From the NCBI GenBank assembly GCA_022360445.1, contig JAKSCV010000022.1, forward strand, positions 1,868 through 65,867: a stretch of 64,000 nt of DNA, in the 5' to 3' direction. This stretch comes from Gammaproteobacteria bacterium. Lineage in GTDB: Bacteria; Pseudomonadota; Gammaproteobacteria; UBA5861. The notes under the pieces were generated by a model, which was not told the origin of the DNA, searched no databases, and saw nothing but the letters and a program-made list of their open reading frames with translations. How positions within the stretch are numbered: the first letter of the stretch is position 1; every line of letters starts with the position of its first letter. The translations under genes and the position numbers were made by a program. Shown in pieces: positions 41,716 through 51,119 of the stretch.

Positions 41716-42651
41716 GTGAATCAATTCTTAACAGCCCTACGTGCAGCTGGCGAAAGTACACGCTTACGCTTACTAGTGCTCTGTGCCAAAGGAGAACTGG
41801 CTGTCGCCGAACTGGCACAAGTATTAGGCCACAGCCAGCCCCGGATCTCCCGACATCTCAAGTTGCTTGTTGATGCTGGTCTCTTGAGCCGGTCGCGCGA
41901 AGGTGCTCAGGTGTTTTATCGCCTTGCGGAAAGCGGGCAAAGCTCAGAGCTAGGGCATATTTTGATTCGTCTGGCACCTCAGCAAGACCCTGTGCTGGTG
42001 CGTGATCAAGACCGGTTACAGCAAATTAAAGCACAAAGAACGGAAGTTGCTGAACGTTATTTTAATGCCAACGCACTACAGTGGGAAAAGATACGGGAGC
42101 AATATGTCTCTGACGAGGAATTCGAGCGTACTTTTTTAAGCTTTTTCGCCAAACGAGGGTATAAAAAACTGTTGGATATCGGTACTGGAACAGGGAGGAT
42201 GCTCAAACTACTGGCCAGTTCGGTAGACAAAGCACTTGGTATCGATAAAAGCACAGAAATGCTCGCGGTGGCCCGCGCTGCTCTGGAGCTGGCTGAGTTT
42301 GGTAACATCCACCTCCGCCACGCGGATATGTACGATATCCCGGTGGAAAACAGTTATTTTGATTTAGTCACAATAAATCTGGTGCTGCACTACAGTGATA
42401 ATCCTCAGGCTGTGATTGAGGAAGCTGCACGAGTCATGGCCGACGGCGGTATTCTTTATTTGATCGACTTTGCGCCGCATAGTGATGAACGTCTCCGCGA
42501 GGAACACAATCATAGGCGTCTGGGTTTTTCAGATACAGAAATCAAGAAATTTTTTAGGCATTCTGGATTAACACTGGAACGACGGCATGCTTTTGAAGGC
42601 AACGCTTTAACCCTTGTTATCTGGCAAGCTATCAAGTCATTTGGAGTTTAG
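41716..42651 (+). CDS. sahR: ArsR HTH + methyltransferase-domain regulator (SahR-like)
   Basis: ArsR HTH (GESTRLRLL, SQPRISRHLKLL) fused to a SAM/SAH-binding domain (LLDIGTGTGRML, HRRLGFS); directly upstream of metF. Confidence 0.85.
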   Translation: MNQFLTALRAAGESTRLRLLVLCAKGELAVAELAQVLGHSQPRISRHLKLLVDAGLLSRSREGAQVFYRLAESGQSSELGHILIRLAPQQDPVLVRDQDRLQQIKAQRTEVAERYFNANALQWEKIREQYVSDEEFERTFLSFFAKRGYKKLLDIGTGTGRMLKLLASSVDKALGIDKSTEMLAVARAALELAEFGNIHLRHADMYDIPVENSYFDLVTINLVLHYSDNPQAVIEEAARVMADGGILYLIDFAPHSDERLREEHNHRRLGFSDTEIKKFFRHSGLTLERRHAFEGNALTLVIWQAIKSFGV

Positions 42652-43512
42652 ATGAATCCGTTAGAAACGGCCTTGGGGTCCAAGGAAATACAGTTCTCAT
42701 TTGAGTTTTTTCCACCAGCCAACGCGAAAATTGAACGGATGATGTGGCGTTCAATGGGGCAGTTTATGCTACTCGACCCCGAATTTGTTTCTGTCACTTA
42801 CGGTGCTGGCGGTTCGACACAAGAAAAGAGTGTTCAGATTGTTGAACAAATGCAGACAGAAACTCATGTCCCAACTGCTGCACATCTGACTTGCGTGGGA
42901 GCATCCAAAGCGGAAGTGAATGCCGTTGCTCAAAAGTTTTGGGACTTGGGCATTAACCGTATCGTAGCCCTTCGTGGTGATCCACAGGGGGAGACGCAAG
43001 CGTTTACCGCGCATCCGGATGGTTATACCTGTGCTGCCGAACTGGTGGAAGGACTCCGGCAGCTGGCGGACTTTGATATCAGTGTTGCGGCTTATCCCGA
43101 AATGCACCCTGAAGCTCAATCTCTGCAAGATGATATCGATTATTTAAAGAGAAAATTAGATGCCGGTGCGAATCGAGCAATTACTCAATATTTTTTTGAT
43201 ACAAAGGGTTACGAAGTCTTTTTAAATAAATGCATTCAGTCTGGGATCGAGAAAGACATCGTCCCTGGCATTATGCCGATTCATAACTTTAAAAAAATAG
43301 TCAACTTTAGTCAGCGTTGTGGAGCAGGTATTCCGTGGGAGTATGAACAGGATTTTGCACGTTTTGAAGATGACCCTGTAGGGTACCGTCAATTATCCAT
43401 TGATCTGGCTGTTGAACAATGTCGTCAGTTACAGGGTATCGGTGTTACGCACTTTCATTTTTACACACTTAATCGTTCTGATTTATGTTATGAGATTGCG
43501 AAAGCACTTTGA
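42652..43512 (+). CDS. metF: 5,10-methylenetetrahydrofolate reductase
   Basis: SFEFFPP, VSVTYGAGGST, AHLTC, ALRGDP, AITQYFFD, HFYTLN. Confidence 0.97.
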   Translation: MNPLETALGSKEIQFSFEFFPPANAKIERMMWRSMGQFMLLDPEFVSVTYGAGGSTQEKSVQIVEQMQTETHVPTAAHLTCVGASKAEVNAVAQKFWDLGINRIVALRGDPQGETQAFTAHPDGYTCAAELVEGLRQLADFDISVAAYPEMHPEAQSLQDDIDYLKRKLDAGANRAITQYFFDTKGYEVFLNKCIQSGIEKDIVPGIMPIHNFKKIVNFSQRCGAGIPWEYEQDFARFEDDPVGYRQLSIDLAVEQCRQLQGIGVTHFHFYTLNRSDLCYEIAKAL

Positions 43513-43527
43513 TTTTATTGCTTTCGT

Positions 43528-45822
43528 TTACTGTGTGGCTACTTTCAGGTGGTTGTTAAAAAAAGCGATCAGCTTATCGTGCAGCATGTTTGTATTTTGG
43601 AAGAGAATGCCGTGTGTTTCTGAGGGAATCAGCTCCAGAACTTTATCGTTGACTTGTAATTGATCGTAAATGATCTGAGCACTTTCTGGAGCGACAACAG
43701 GGTCTCTGTCACCCTGAAAAACAGATACAGGTTTTTCTATCAGCTTCAAGCGCGGCTGTAAATCGGCGATGAGCTTGCGTAATTCATTCAAGCCATGCAG
43801 AGGGATACTGCGGTAATTGATGTTGGCATGTTCAGGGACGTTATCTAGATAGGGCTTAACACCTTCCCGAAAGGATAGAAGCTGGGCGATTTGGTTGACC
43901 CCATGAACCAGGGGGACCAGCATCATAGCTTTGTCCTGAAATCGGATAGGTACAGAGACAGCGGCCGTACCGCAAAGACAGCCGGGGTTTTCCGAAGCGA
44001 CATGTAAGGCTAACGCGCCCCCGGTGGAAAAGCCGGTCAAAAACACGTGATCTGCATAACCTTGGGCTATTGTAATGGTTCGACGTACGTCGTCCAGCCA
44101 TTCCTCGTAGTGGCGCTCTCGAAGATCGGCGGGGGAGGTTCCATGCCCAGCCAGCCGAGGACCGATAGCGATATAACCTTGTTGTGTCAGGTATTGGCCA
44201 AAGCCTCTTACTTCAGCCGGTGACGCTAGAAACCCGTGAACTGTCACTATGGCAGCGCCGGTTTCTTTTTGCGGGAAAAGTAAAAAAGGTGCGGGATCTG
44301 CTGTTGCGCTCTCCTTGGCATTGATGTCTAAATATTTGTCTTGTGAAAACTTTGCTTTGTCATTGTGATAGGCCAGAACCTGATCGTCGAAGAAGCAGGT
44401 AGCCAGTTGTTTTTTGTCAATATGACGCCCTTCGGAGAGGGCTGCTTGAATGCATATTTGAAGGTAGCGTAACGGCGCAACTTCATTTGAATAGACGGCC
44501 ACAGGGTTTTCGCGTCTTATTTCGTCAAATGCGTGTTCATCCAGTAATTTGGGTTGGAAGTGGTAACGCGTTTCACTCAGGCGGATCAATTGTGCTAAAC
44601 CGGCAAGCTCCAGAAATTGCTCCAACTCTTTACTGTTTCCCTTAGCCAGATCTTTGTAAAAGATAGGGTTTGCTAGCGTTCGGTGTAAGTGTGCTCCGGG
44701 TTGCTTTTGAATTCTCTTGATGGCGAGATAACACGCATGATGGAAAACATCATGGTCAATATCAAAGACACCTTCTCTCAGAAGTTGCATGATGAGCGCG
44801 GATGCAATATGACTTAAATTGACAGTTGTTGCCTCATACATGCCAACCATGTAGTCATCTCTCACTTTGGCCGCGTGTTGATAGATACTTCGCGAAAATA
44901 ATTTTTTATAAATTGAGTCTGGATGCTCTGTGAAGTAAAAGAAATCCTCCAGCTCATCCATCTTGGGTGAAATATGGCGGCTTAAAACGTGCTCCCACCA
45001 GCGCCAGTAGTCTGCGGGGTGGATTGGGTTTCCCAAGCGTACGTCCATATCGGTATCTTTTAGCAAGATATTGCCTTCAATCAAAAGCTCTTCAGAAGCC
45101 CTCAGACTCAAGCCCTTAGAGAGCAGCTCGGATCCGCGCAGTAGTATGTTGTCATTGATGCGCAGTGGGTAAAAGGTGATATTGGCAGGGACGATTTCAG
45201 TGGGCCGCTGGCAGGCTTCCAGGAGTTGATCCACATGGGCAAAGTCCAGTTGATCGCACCAGTGTTGGAGTTGCTCCCGTTTGCCTTTTTTATCCGCGTG
45301 ATTGACAGCAGACTTGAAAGCATCCAGCCCCATTGCCAAAACAGCCGAGCCTGTATGTTGCTTGCGACGGACGTCGGCCGAGCGAGAATAGACTTTGTAG
45401 TGGCCGTGCTCATCAATGACACTCCGGTCTTTGACCATGCCACCTTCGGGGAAAATGACGACTTTGTGTCCATGCAGAATGGCTTTTGCCAGCAATGAAA
45501 AAAGTTGCGGATGGTTATGAGGAATAACACCCACACTGTTAAGGTAATTGGTAAAGGCACTGTCTTCATTCGCGAAAAAATCGGCATGTGCCACCGAGTA
45601 GCAGTAACTGCCCGTTGCTTCATGGATTAAATATTGAGGGATAAAGGTCTCGAAACGAGAGAAATGGTTGAATAGAAAAATGTCACCACTTTCTACCTGT
45701 CCGGCATCGTGATGAAGTTTGATATTAACGCTCAACAGTTTTTTCAGAATGCGAAAAAGGCGCACCGACCAATCATAAGTAGAGATTTTAAAATCTGAAG
45801 CCGATTCAGGTTTTTCTTCCAT
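43528..45822 (-). CDS. Glycerolipid acyltransferase-like domain fused to an alpha/beta-hydrolase (carboxylesterase)
   Basis: N-terminal LFNHFSRFET, VIFPEGG and IVPANITFYP (PlsB/PlsC-type blocks); C-terminal VHGFLASP, GHGTS, GFSTGG nucleophile elbow, QGDRDPVV and late His (ETHG). Confidence 0.8.
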   Translation of the reverse strand: MEEKPESASDFKISTYDWSVRLFRILKKLLSVNIKLHHDAGQVESGDIFLFNHFSRFETFIPQYLIHEATGSYCYSVAHADFFANEDSAFTNYLNSVGVIPHNHPQLFSLLAKAILHGHKVVIFPEGGMVKDRSVIDEHGHYKVYSRSADVRRKQHTGSAVLAMGLDAFKSAVNHADKKGKREQLQHWCDQLDFAHVDQLLEACQRPTEIVPANITFYPLRINDNILLRGSELLSKGLSLRASEELLIEGNILLKDTDMDVRLGNPIHPADYWRWWEHVLSRHISPKMDELEDFFYFTEHPDSIYKKLFSRSIYQHAAKVRDDYMVGMYEATTVNLSHIASALIMQLLREGVFDIDHDVFHHACYLAIKRIQKQPGAHLHRTLANPIFYKDLAKGNSKELEQFLELAGLAQLIRLSETRYHFQPKLLDEHAFDEIRRENPVAVYSNEVAPLRYLQICIQAALSEGRHIDKKQLATCFFDDQVLAYHNDKAKFSQDKYLDINAKESATADPAPFLLFPQKETGAAIVTVHGFLASPAEVRGFGQYLTQQGYIAIGPRLAGHGTSPADLRERHYEEWLDDVRRTITIAQGYADHVFLTGFSTGGALALHVASENPGCLCGTAAVSVPIRFQDKAMMLVPLVHGVNQIAQLLSFREGVKPYLDNVPEHANINYRSIPLHGLNELRKLIADLQPRLKLIEKPVSVFQGDRDPVVAPESAQIIYDQLQVNDKVLELIPSETHGILFQNTNMLHDKLIAFFNNHLKVATQ

Positions 45823-45935
45823 GCACTGATTTCCCTGTGAACTGTATGCGATAACAGTGTGATTGACAGATGAATCTATTCAAGCAAAAAGGGGGCCTAA
45901 GTCAATAACTCAAGCCCCTAGGGGAGGTGACTTAG

Positions 45936-47252
45936 CTATTCGACAGGTACGGGATGAAATTGACCGTCCAATCCTAAATATTTACTCCCCTCGTTTTGAT
46001 AAAAACTCGAGGCCCCGCTATCTAACAAAATGGAGAGCATTTTGGGTATGGGGCGGCCTTCGGCTTTTAGTTGGTCTGCAAAGGCCAGTGCACCGAGTTC
46101 GTCAATGAGTTCGAAAGGACCCTTAGCCCAGTTATAACCCCAGCGCATGGCGCGGTCTACGTTCACGATATCATCGGCAATCTCAGGAATCAGACTTGCG
46201 GTGTAAGCGAGTGTTTCGCTCATCAGTTTCCACACGAAACGGCCTTCCGGGGTGCTCGCGCTCATCAGTGTTTTATAAGCACTTTCTGCTTCACTGAGGC
46301 TCACTGTTTCAACGGAGCGCCACGCTTTAGTTGGCAGGTCATAGATTAATTTTTCTTTGCTGCCGCCTTCCTTGATATTCATTTTATAGAAACCGGCACC
46401 GGCCTTACGCCCAATCTGGCCTCTTTGAACCATGGCTTGTACTTCAGCAGGTACATCGACATAAGGTTGACAGGCATCATCTGCCGGCAAAGTTTCTTTC
46501 AGATTGACACCAACCAGGCCAATCACGTCAATACCCACTAGATCCATCAGACCGAATAGGCCAGTAGGCGGTAAGCCGATGGGTTTTGAAAGCAGCGCAT
46601 CAATTTTTTCCATGCTCACACCGTCTTCTAGGGCTTGTTCTGCGAGTTTCAGACCGATCAGGAGCCAGAGACAGCCAATGCGGTTGCCAATGAAATTGGG
46701 GGTGTCCTTGGCATAGACCACGCCTTTTTTCAGCGTTTTGCCTAGGTGTGTGGCCAGTGCAGAAATAACATCTGGGTCTGTTTTTTCGCCAGGAACAAGT
46801 TCAACTAGCTTCATAATATGGACTGGGTTAAAGAAGTGTGTGACCGCGATATCCTGACTCAGTGCATCAGAAAAACCTTCTGTCATGTCTTTGATCATGA
46901 TGCCAGAGGTGTTACTGCTATAAATTGAGCCGGGCTTGCGTACGGTCTCCAGCTTGCTGATTAAATCTCGCTTGGCAGCTAAATCTTCGATAATGACCTC
47001 ACAAATCCAATCCACAGACCCCAAAGCCTCCAGATGGTCATCAATGGCGCCCGTTGTAATGCGCGCAGCAATCGCTTTGTCCGGAATAACCGGGTTGCGC
47101 CCTGAGGTGAGGCGCTCAAGCGCTTTGTGAGCAAAATCCGCGTTAAGGTCCAGCAGCAAAACGGGTTTGCCTGCTATCGCATTGACAGCAGCGATGCCAC
47201 TGCCCATTGTGCCAGCGCCAATAACGGCGACAGATTCAATTGTTCTTTCCAT
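45936..47252 (-). CDS. 3-hydroxyacyl-CoA dehydrogenase (no hydratase domain)
   Basis: VIGAGTMGSGIA, SSNTSG, HFFNP, DTPNFIGNRIG, DRAMRWGYNWAKGPFE. Confidence 0.9.
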   Translation of the reverse strand: MERTIESVAVIGAGTMGSGIAAVNAIAGKPVLLLDLNADFAHKALERLTSGRNPVIPDKAIAARITTGAIDDHLEALGSVDWICEVIIEDLAAKRDLISKLETVRKPGSIYSSNTSGIMIKDMTEGFSDALSQDIAVTHFFNPVHIMKLVELVPGEKTDPDVISALATHLGKTLKKGVVYAKDTPNFIGNRIGCLWLLIGLKLAEQALEDGVSMEKIDALLSKPIGLPPTGLFGLMDLVGIDVIGLVGVNLKETLPADDACQPYVDVPAEVQAMVQRGQIGRKAGAGFYKMNIKEGGSKEKLIYDLPTKAWRSVETVSLSEAESAYKTLMSASTPEGRFVWKLMSETLAYTASLIPEIADDIVNVDRAMRWGYNWAKGPFELIDELGALAFADQLKAEGRPIPKMLSILLDSGASSFYQNEGSKYLGLDGQFHPVPVE

Positions 47253-47438
47253 TAAGTACTCCAAAATCGTGATAAAGGGTGTTGTTTTAGCGCATGATTA
47301 CTAAGGCAGTAAGGTCCAACAGTCTAATTTTAACGGTCTGAAGAAGATAATTCAGCTCTGCGGGCAAAACCGTCCTCAGGGTCACAGATCATGATAGGAT
47401 TTGTCTCAAAAATAACTCATGATTTAAGAGGTTAAAAC

Positions 47439-48065
47439 ATGCTGATTCGTAAAACTTTTCCTGTGGGTCCACTGCAATGTAATTGCTCAATCATTGGCGA
47501 TGATGTGACAAAGCAGGCCCTAGTTGTCGACCCAGGCGGGGAAGCACAGATGATTTATGCCGAGTTGCAAACGCTGGGTTTAAAGCTTAAGGCTATTATC
47601 CATACCCACGCTCATCTGGATCATATTCTTGCCGCAGGCGAACTCAAACGTTTAACAGGCGCACCGATCATCTTGCATAAAGACGATAAATTTCTTTGGG
47701 ATAGTCTGGAAATGCAATGCAATATGTTTGGTATTCCTTATGTTGCTCAGCCTGATCCGGATGAATGGGTACACGATGATCAAGACTTGAAATGTTGTGA
47801 TGGCGTCGCGATCCATACGCCTGGGCATACGCCGGGCTCTATTTGTTTTTGGTTTGAATCGCATGATTTGCTAATTGCCGGGGACACATTATTTTTGGGC
47901 TCCATTGGGCGAACTGATATTTGGGGCGGGGATTTTGATGCCATACAAAAATCCATCCGAGAGCGCCTCTATACACTTACGGATGATGCCGTCGTTGTTA
48001 CCGGGCACGGGCCGGATACAACCATCGGGGCAGAAAAGACAGGGAATGCTTTTATACGAGCCTAA
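47439..48065 (+). CDS. MBL-fold metallo-hydrolase (glyoxalase II-like)
   Basis: THAHLDH, TPGHTPGS, GDTLFLGSIGRTD, GHGP. Confidence 0.92.
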   Translation: MLIRKTFPVGPLQCNCSIIGDDVTKQALVVDPGGEAQMIYAELQTLGLKLKAIIHTHAHLDHILAAGELKRLTGAPIILHKDDKFLWDSLEMQCNMFGIPYVAQPDPDEWVHDDQDLKCCDGVAIHTPGHTPGSICFWFESHDLLIAGDTLFLGSIGRTDIWGGDFDAIQKSIRERLYTLTDDAVVVTGHGPDTTIGAEKTGNAFIRA

Positions 48066-48103
48066 AAGACCAAACAGGCTTCGAGATCAGAATATTTAAG
48101 AAA

Positions 48104-48126
48104 AAAAGGCCCATGCGGGGCCTTTT
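48104..48126. terminator. Bidirectional intrinsic terminator
   Basis: AAAAGGCCC-ATGCG-GGGCCTTTT between convergent genes. Confidence 0.8.
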
Positions 48127-48160
48127 GATATCGGTGGATATGGCGGCTGTGCAGCCTGCT

Positions 48161-48946
48161 CTAATAGGGGCTTGGCATCCCGATGATACTGGCGCCACTG
48201 TCAACATAAACCGTTTGCCCGGTAATACCGGAGGCAAGATCAGAGCACAGAAACGCAGCGGCGTTACCCACTTGTTCCGTTGTCACATTTCGCCGTAAGG
48301 GTGAGGTTTCTTCGACATAGCCTAATAACTTTTTGAAGTCGCTGATACCTGCGGCAGCCAATGTTTTAATAGGTCCGGCTGAAATAGCGTTGACACGAAT
48401 ACCTTGAGGGCCAAGTGAGTTCGCAAGATAACGCGTATTGGCTTCCAGACTTGCTTTGGCCAGACCCATGACATTGTAATTAGGTAATACCTGTACCGCG
48501 CCCAAATAGGTCATAGCCAAGAGAGCACCGTCTTCTCTTAGCATAGATTTGGCCGCTTTTGCGAGCGCGGAGAAACTGTACGAGCTCACATCATGTGCAA
48601 TTTTAAAGCCTTCGCGATTAACAACGTCCAAATAGTCGCCTTGCAGTTGATCCTGGGGCGCAAAAGCAACCGAGTGAATCAGAATGTCGAACCCTTCTGT
48701 CCAAGACTTTCCCAATTCGGAGAATAAGGTTTCAATCTCCTCGTCACTCTCTACGTTGCAAGGCAGAACAATGTCAGAGTTACATTCAGCCGCCATTTTG
48801 ACAACGCGGTCTTTAAGACGGTCACCCATGTAAGTAAAGGCCAACTCAGCGCCTTCTCGGTGCATTGCTTGTGCAATACCCCATGCAATGGAACGGTTAC
48901 TGGCGACACCTACAATAAGCGCACGTTTGCCGGAAAGAAATCCCAT
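48161..48946 (-). CDS. fabI: Enoyl-ACP reductase
   Basis: [47 protein letters not shown]. Confidence 0.97.
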   Translation of the reverse strand: MGFLSGKRALIVGVASNRSIAWGIAQAMHREGAELAFTYMGDRLKDRVVKMAAECNSDIVLPCNVESDEEIETLFSELGKSWTEGFDILIHSVAFAPQDQLQGDYLDVVNREGFKIAHDVSSYSFSALAKAAKSMLREDGALLAMTYLGAVQVLPNYNVMGLAKASLEANTRYLANSLGPQGIRVNAISAGPIKTLAAAGISDFKKLLGYVEETSPLRRNVTTEQVGNAAAFLCSDLASGITGQTVYVDSGASIIGMPSPY

Positions 48947-49235
48947 GAATAAACTCCTGAAGTGGTTTATTTAATTAATATTTATTAATTGGATATGCCG
49001 CAATTTTGGTGACACAGCGGTCAAAATAACCTTGTGCGGCCAATATTTTAACTATCCATTATGCAGATTGGCCATTGAAAAAAGCAACCAAAATGCGACT
49101 TTTAGCCGGTTGTTCGTTTGCAAGTTAGTGACGCGTGCGCCATATTACGCGAAGAGGCTTGTGTTAAAAAGTCAGTCTATGTAACGGGCTTGGCGTGACA
49201 ACTCAGATAACGATGTGAAGTTGATTGGGATCTAT

Positions 49236-51116
49236 ATGGAAAAACGTTTTACTTTCAAGGACTTTCTGTTTTTTGCATCTTTTGCTATCTTGGCTATCCT
49301 CATTCTTCTGGGCATGTACATGGTTGATCGTCAATGGCTTGCCATGTCAGAAATGAAAAATATTCTGCAGGGGCAATCAAAAGACATTCGTCAGTTGAAC
49401 AGCCAGTTGGCTACATTTAAACGCCAAATTGACCAGGCCCAGCAAGCTGATTTTTTGCATAATCTGAAAAACAGTGAGGTTGTAGAAACGGCAGCCGATG
49501 CTTTTTCCCGTGCTAAAGTCGCGGTGAAACAACCGGACTATGCAACCGGCGATTGGTTTGTCCGTGCATTTGGTGTGTCGGTAAAAACAATTACACCATT
49601 TATTTCCCAGGATGCCTATGCCAGCAGAGTCCAAGAATATGTCTTGGAAACATTATTGCAGCGGAATCCGGACACACTGGAATGGCAAGGTTTGATTGCG
49701 CAATCTTGGGACGTGAGTGAAGACGGTAGTGTTTACCGGTTTAAACTCCGAGACGATGTCTTTTTTTCGGATGGAGAGCCGCTGACTGCAGAGGATGTCG
49801 TCTTTACCTTTGACTTTATAATGGACGATAAAATCGCAGCACCCAGGTTGCGTGCATACTACAATAAAATCGCCAAGGTAGAGGCAGAAGGTCAGTACCA
49901 AGTCGTCTTTTACTTTAAAGAGCCTTATTTTAACAGTCTAGCTTTAGCAGGCTCGCTCGAAATCTTACCCAAACACTTCTATGCAGCCTATCTGGAAAAA
50001 CCTGAAACCTATAACCAGTCTCGGGGGCTGTTATTAGGTTCGGGGCCTTACCGTCTTAAAAACCCCAAAACCTGGTCGTCAGATCTGGGATTCATTGAGT
50101 TGGTGAGGAACACACGTTATTGGGGTGATGCCGAACCGAGCTTTGATGGTTTGTTATGGAAAATAATCGAAAATGACAGCGCCCGATTAACCACATTCCG
50201 GAATGGTGAAATTGATGTGTATGGTGCTCAACCGTCTGAGTTTTTACCCTTAAATCAAGAGCCTGACATCAAAGAAACAGCCAATACTTTTGAATATATG
50301 AGCCCGACGGCAGGTTATAGCTACATCGGCTGGAATCAGGAACGTAAAGGGAAACCCACATTATTTGCCGATACGAAAATACGCCAAGCCATGACTTACC
50401 TGACGGACCGGGAAAAAATTATAAAGGAAATTATGCAAGGTTATGCTGAGGTCGCGGTAAGCCCGTTTAGCCCACGGAGCAAACAGCATACACCGGCATT
50501 AGAGCCTCGTCCTTTTAACTTAAACAAGGCAAAAGCGTTGTTGAAAGAGGCCGGGTTTGAACTGAGAGATCAAAGCGGTATCCTGAAAAACAGCGCAGGT
50601 GACCTTTTTGAATTTGAACTCGTTTATTTTCAGGACAGTGACAACACGAAAAAAATTGTCTTATTTTTGAAAGATGCATACGCCCGGGCTGGTATCCGGC
50701 TTATTCCTAAGCCGACCGAGTGGTCGGTCATGATGGAGTTGATGGACCAACGGGATTTCGATGCCATTACATTGGGTTGGACCAGTGGCATCGAAATTGA
50801 TGTTTTTCAGATGTTGCACAGTTCCCAAACAGTTGATAGGGGTGATAATTTTGTTAACTTTAAAAATACTGAGTTTGACGACTTAATAGAGCGTGCCCGC
50901 CACACGGTAATTGAATCCGAGCGGATGCCGCTCTGGCAGGCAGCAGAGAAAGTGCTTTACCGCGAACAACCTTATACTTTTCTCATGCGAGGCCAGTCGC
51001 TAGGATTTATTGATAAGCGGATAAAAAATGTTCAGCAAACTAATATTGGGTTGAATATAGGTTTTACACCTCTGGAAATTTACGTACCTTTGGTTGAGCA
51101 AAAGCGCACTAACTAA
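49236..51116 (+). CDS. Peptide ABC transporter substrate-binding protein (family 5) with N-terminal membrane anchor
   Basis: FSDGEPLTAEDVVFTF, GSGPY, YSYIGWN, EQPYTFL; N-terminal TM segment followed by a coiled-coil-like stretch. Confidence 0.88.
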   Translation: MEKRFTFKDFLFFASFAILAILILLGMYMVDRQWLAMSEMKNILQGQSKDIRQLNSQLATFKRQIDQAQQADFLHNLKNSEVVETAADAFSRAKVAVKQPDYATGDWFVRAFGVSVKTITPFISQDAYASRVQEYVLETLLQRNPDTLEWQGLIAQSWDVSEDGSVYRFKLRDDVFFSDGEPLTAEDVVFTFDFIMDDKIAAPRLRAYYNKIAKVEAEGQYQVVFYFKEPYFNSLALAGSLEILPKHFYAAYLEKPETYNQSRGLLLGSGPYRLKNPKTWSSDLGFIELVRNTRYWGDAEPSFDGLLWKIIENDSARLTTFRNGEIDVYGAQPSEFLPLNQEPDIKETANTFEYMSPTAGYSYIGWNQERKGKPTLFADTKIRQAMTYLTDREKIIKEIMQGYAEVAVSPFSPRSKQHTPALEPRPFNLNKAKALLKEAGFELRDQSGILKNSAGDLFEFELVYFQDSDNTKKIVLFLKDAYARAGIRLIPKPTEWSVMMELMDQRDFDAITLGWTSGIEIDVFQMLHSSQTVDRGDNFVNFKNTEFDDLIERARHTVIESERMPLWQAAEKVLYREQPYTFLMRGQSLGFIDKRIKNVQQTNIGLNIGFTPLEIYVPLVEQKRTN

Positions 51117-51119
51117 CAG

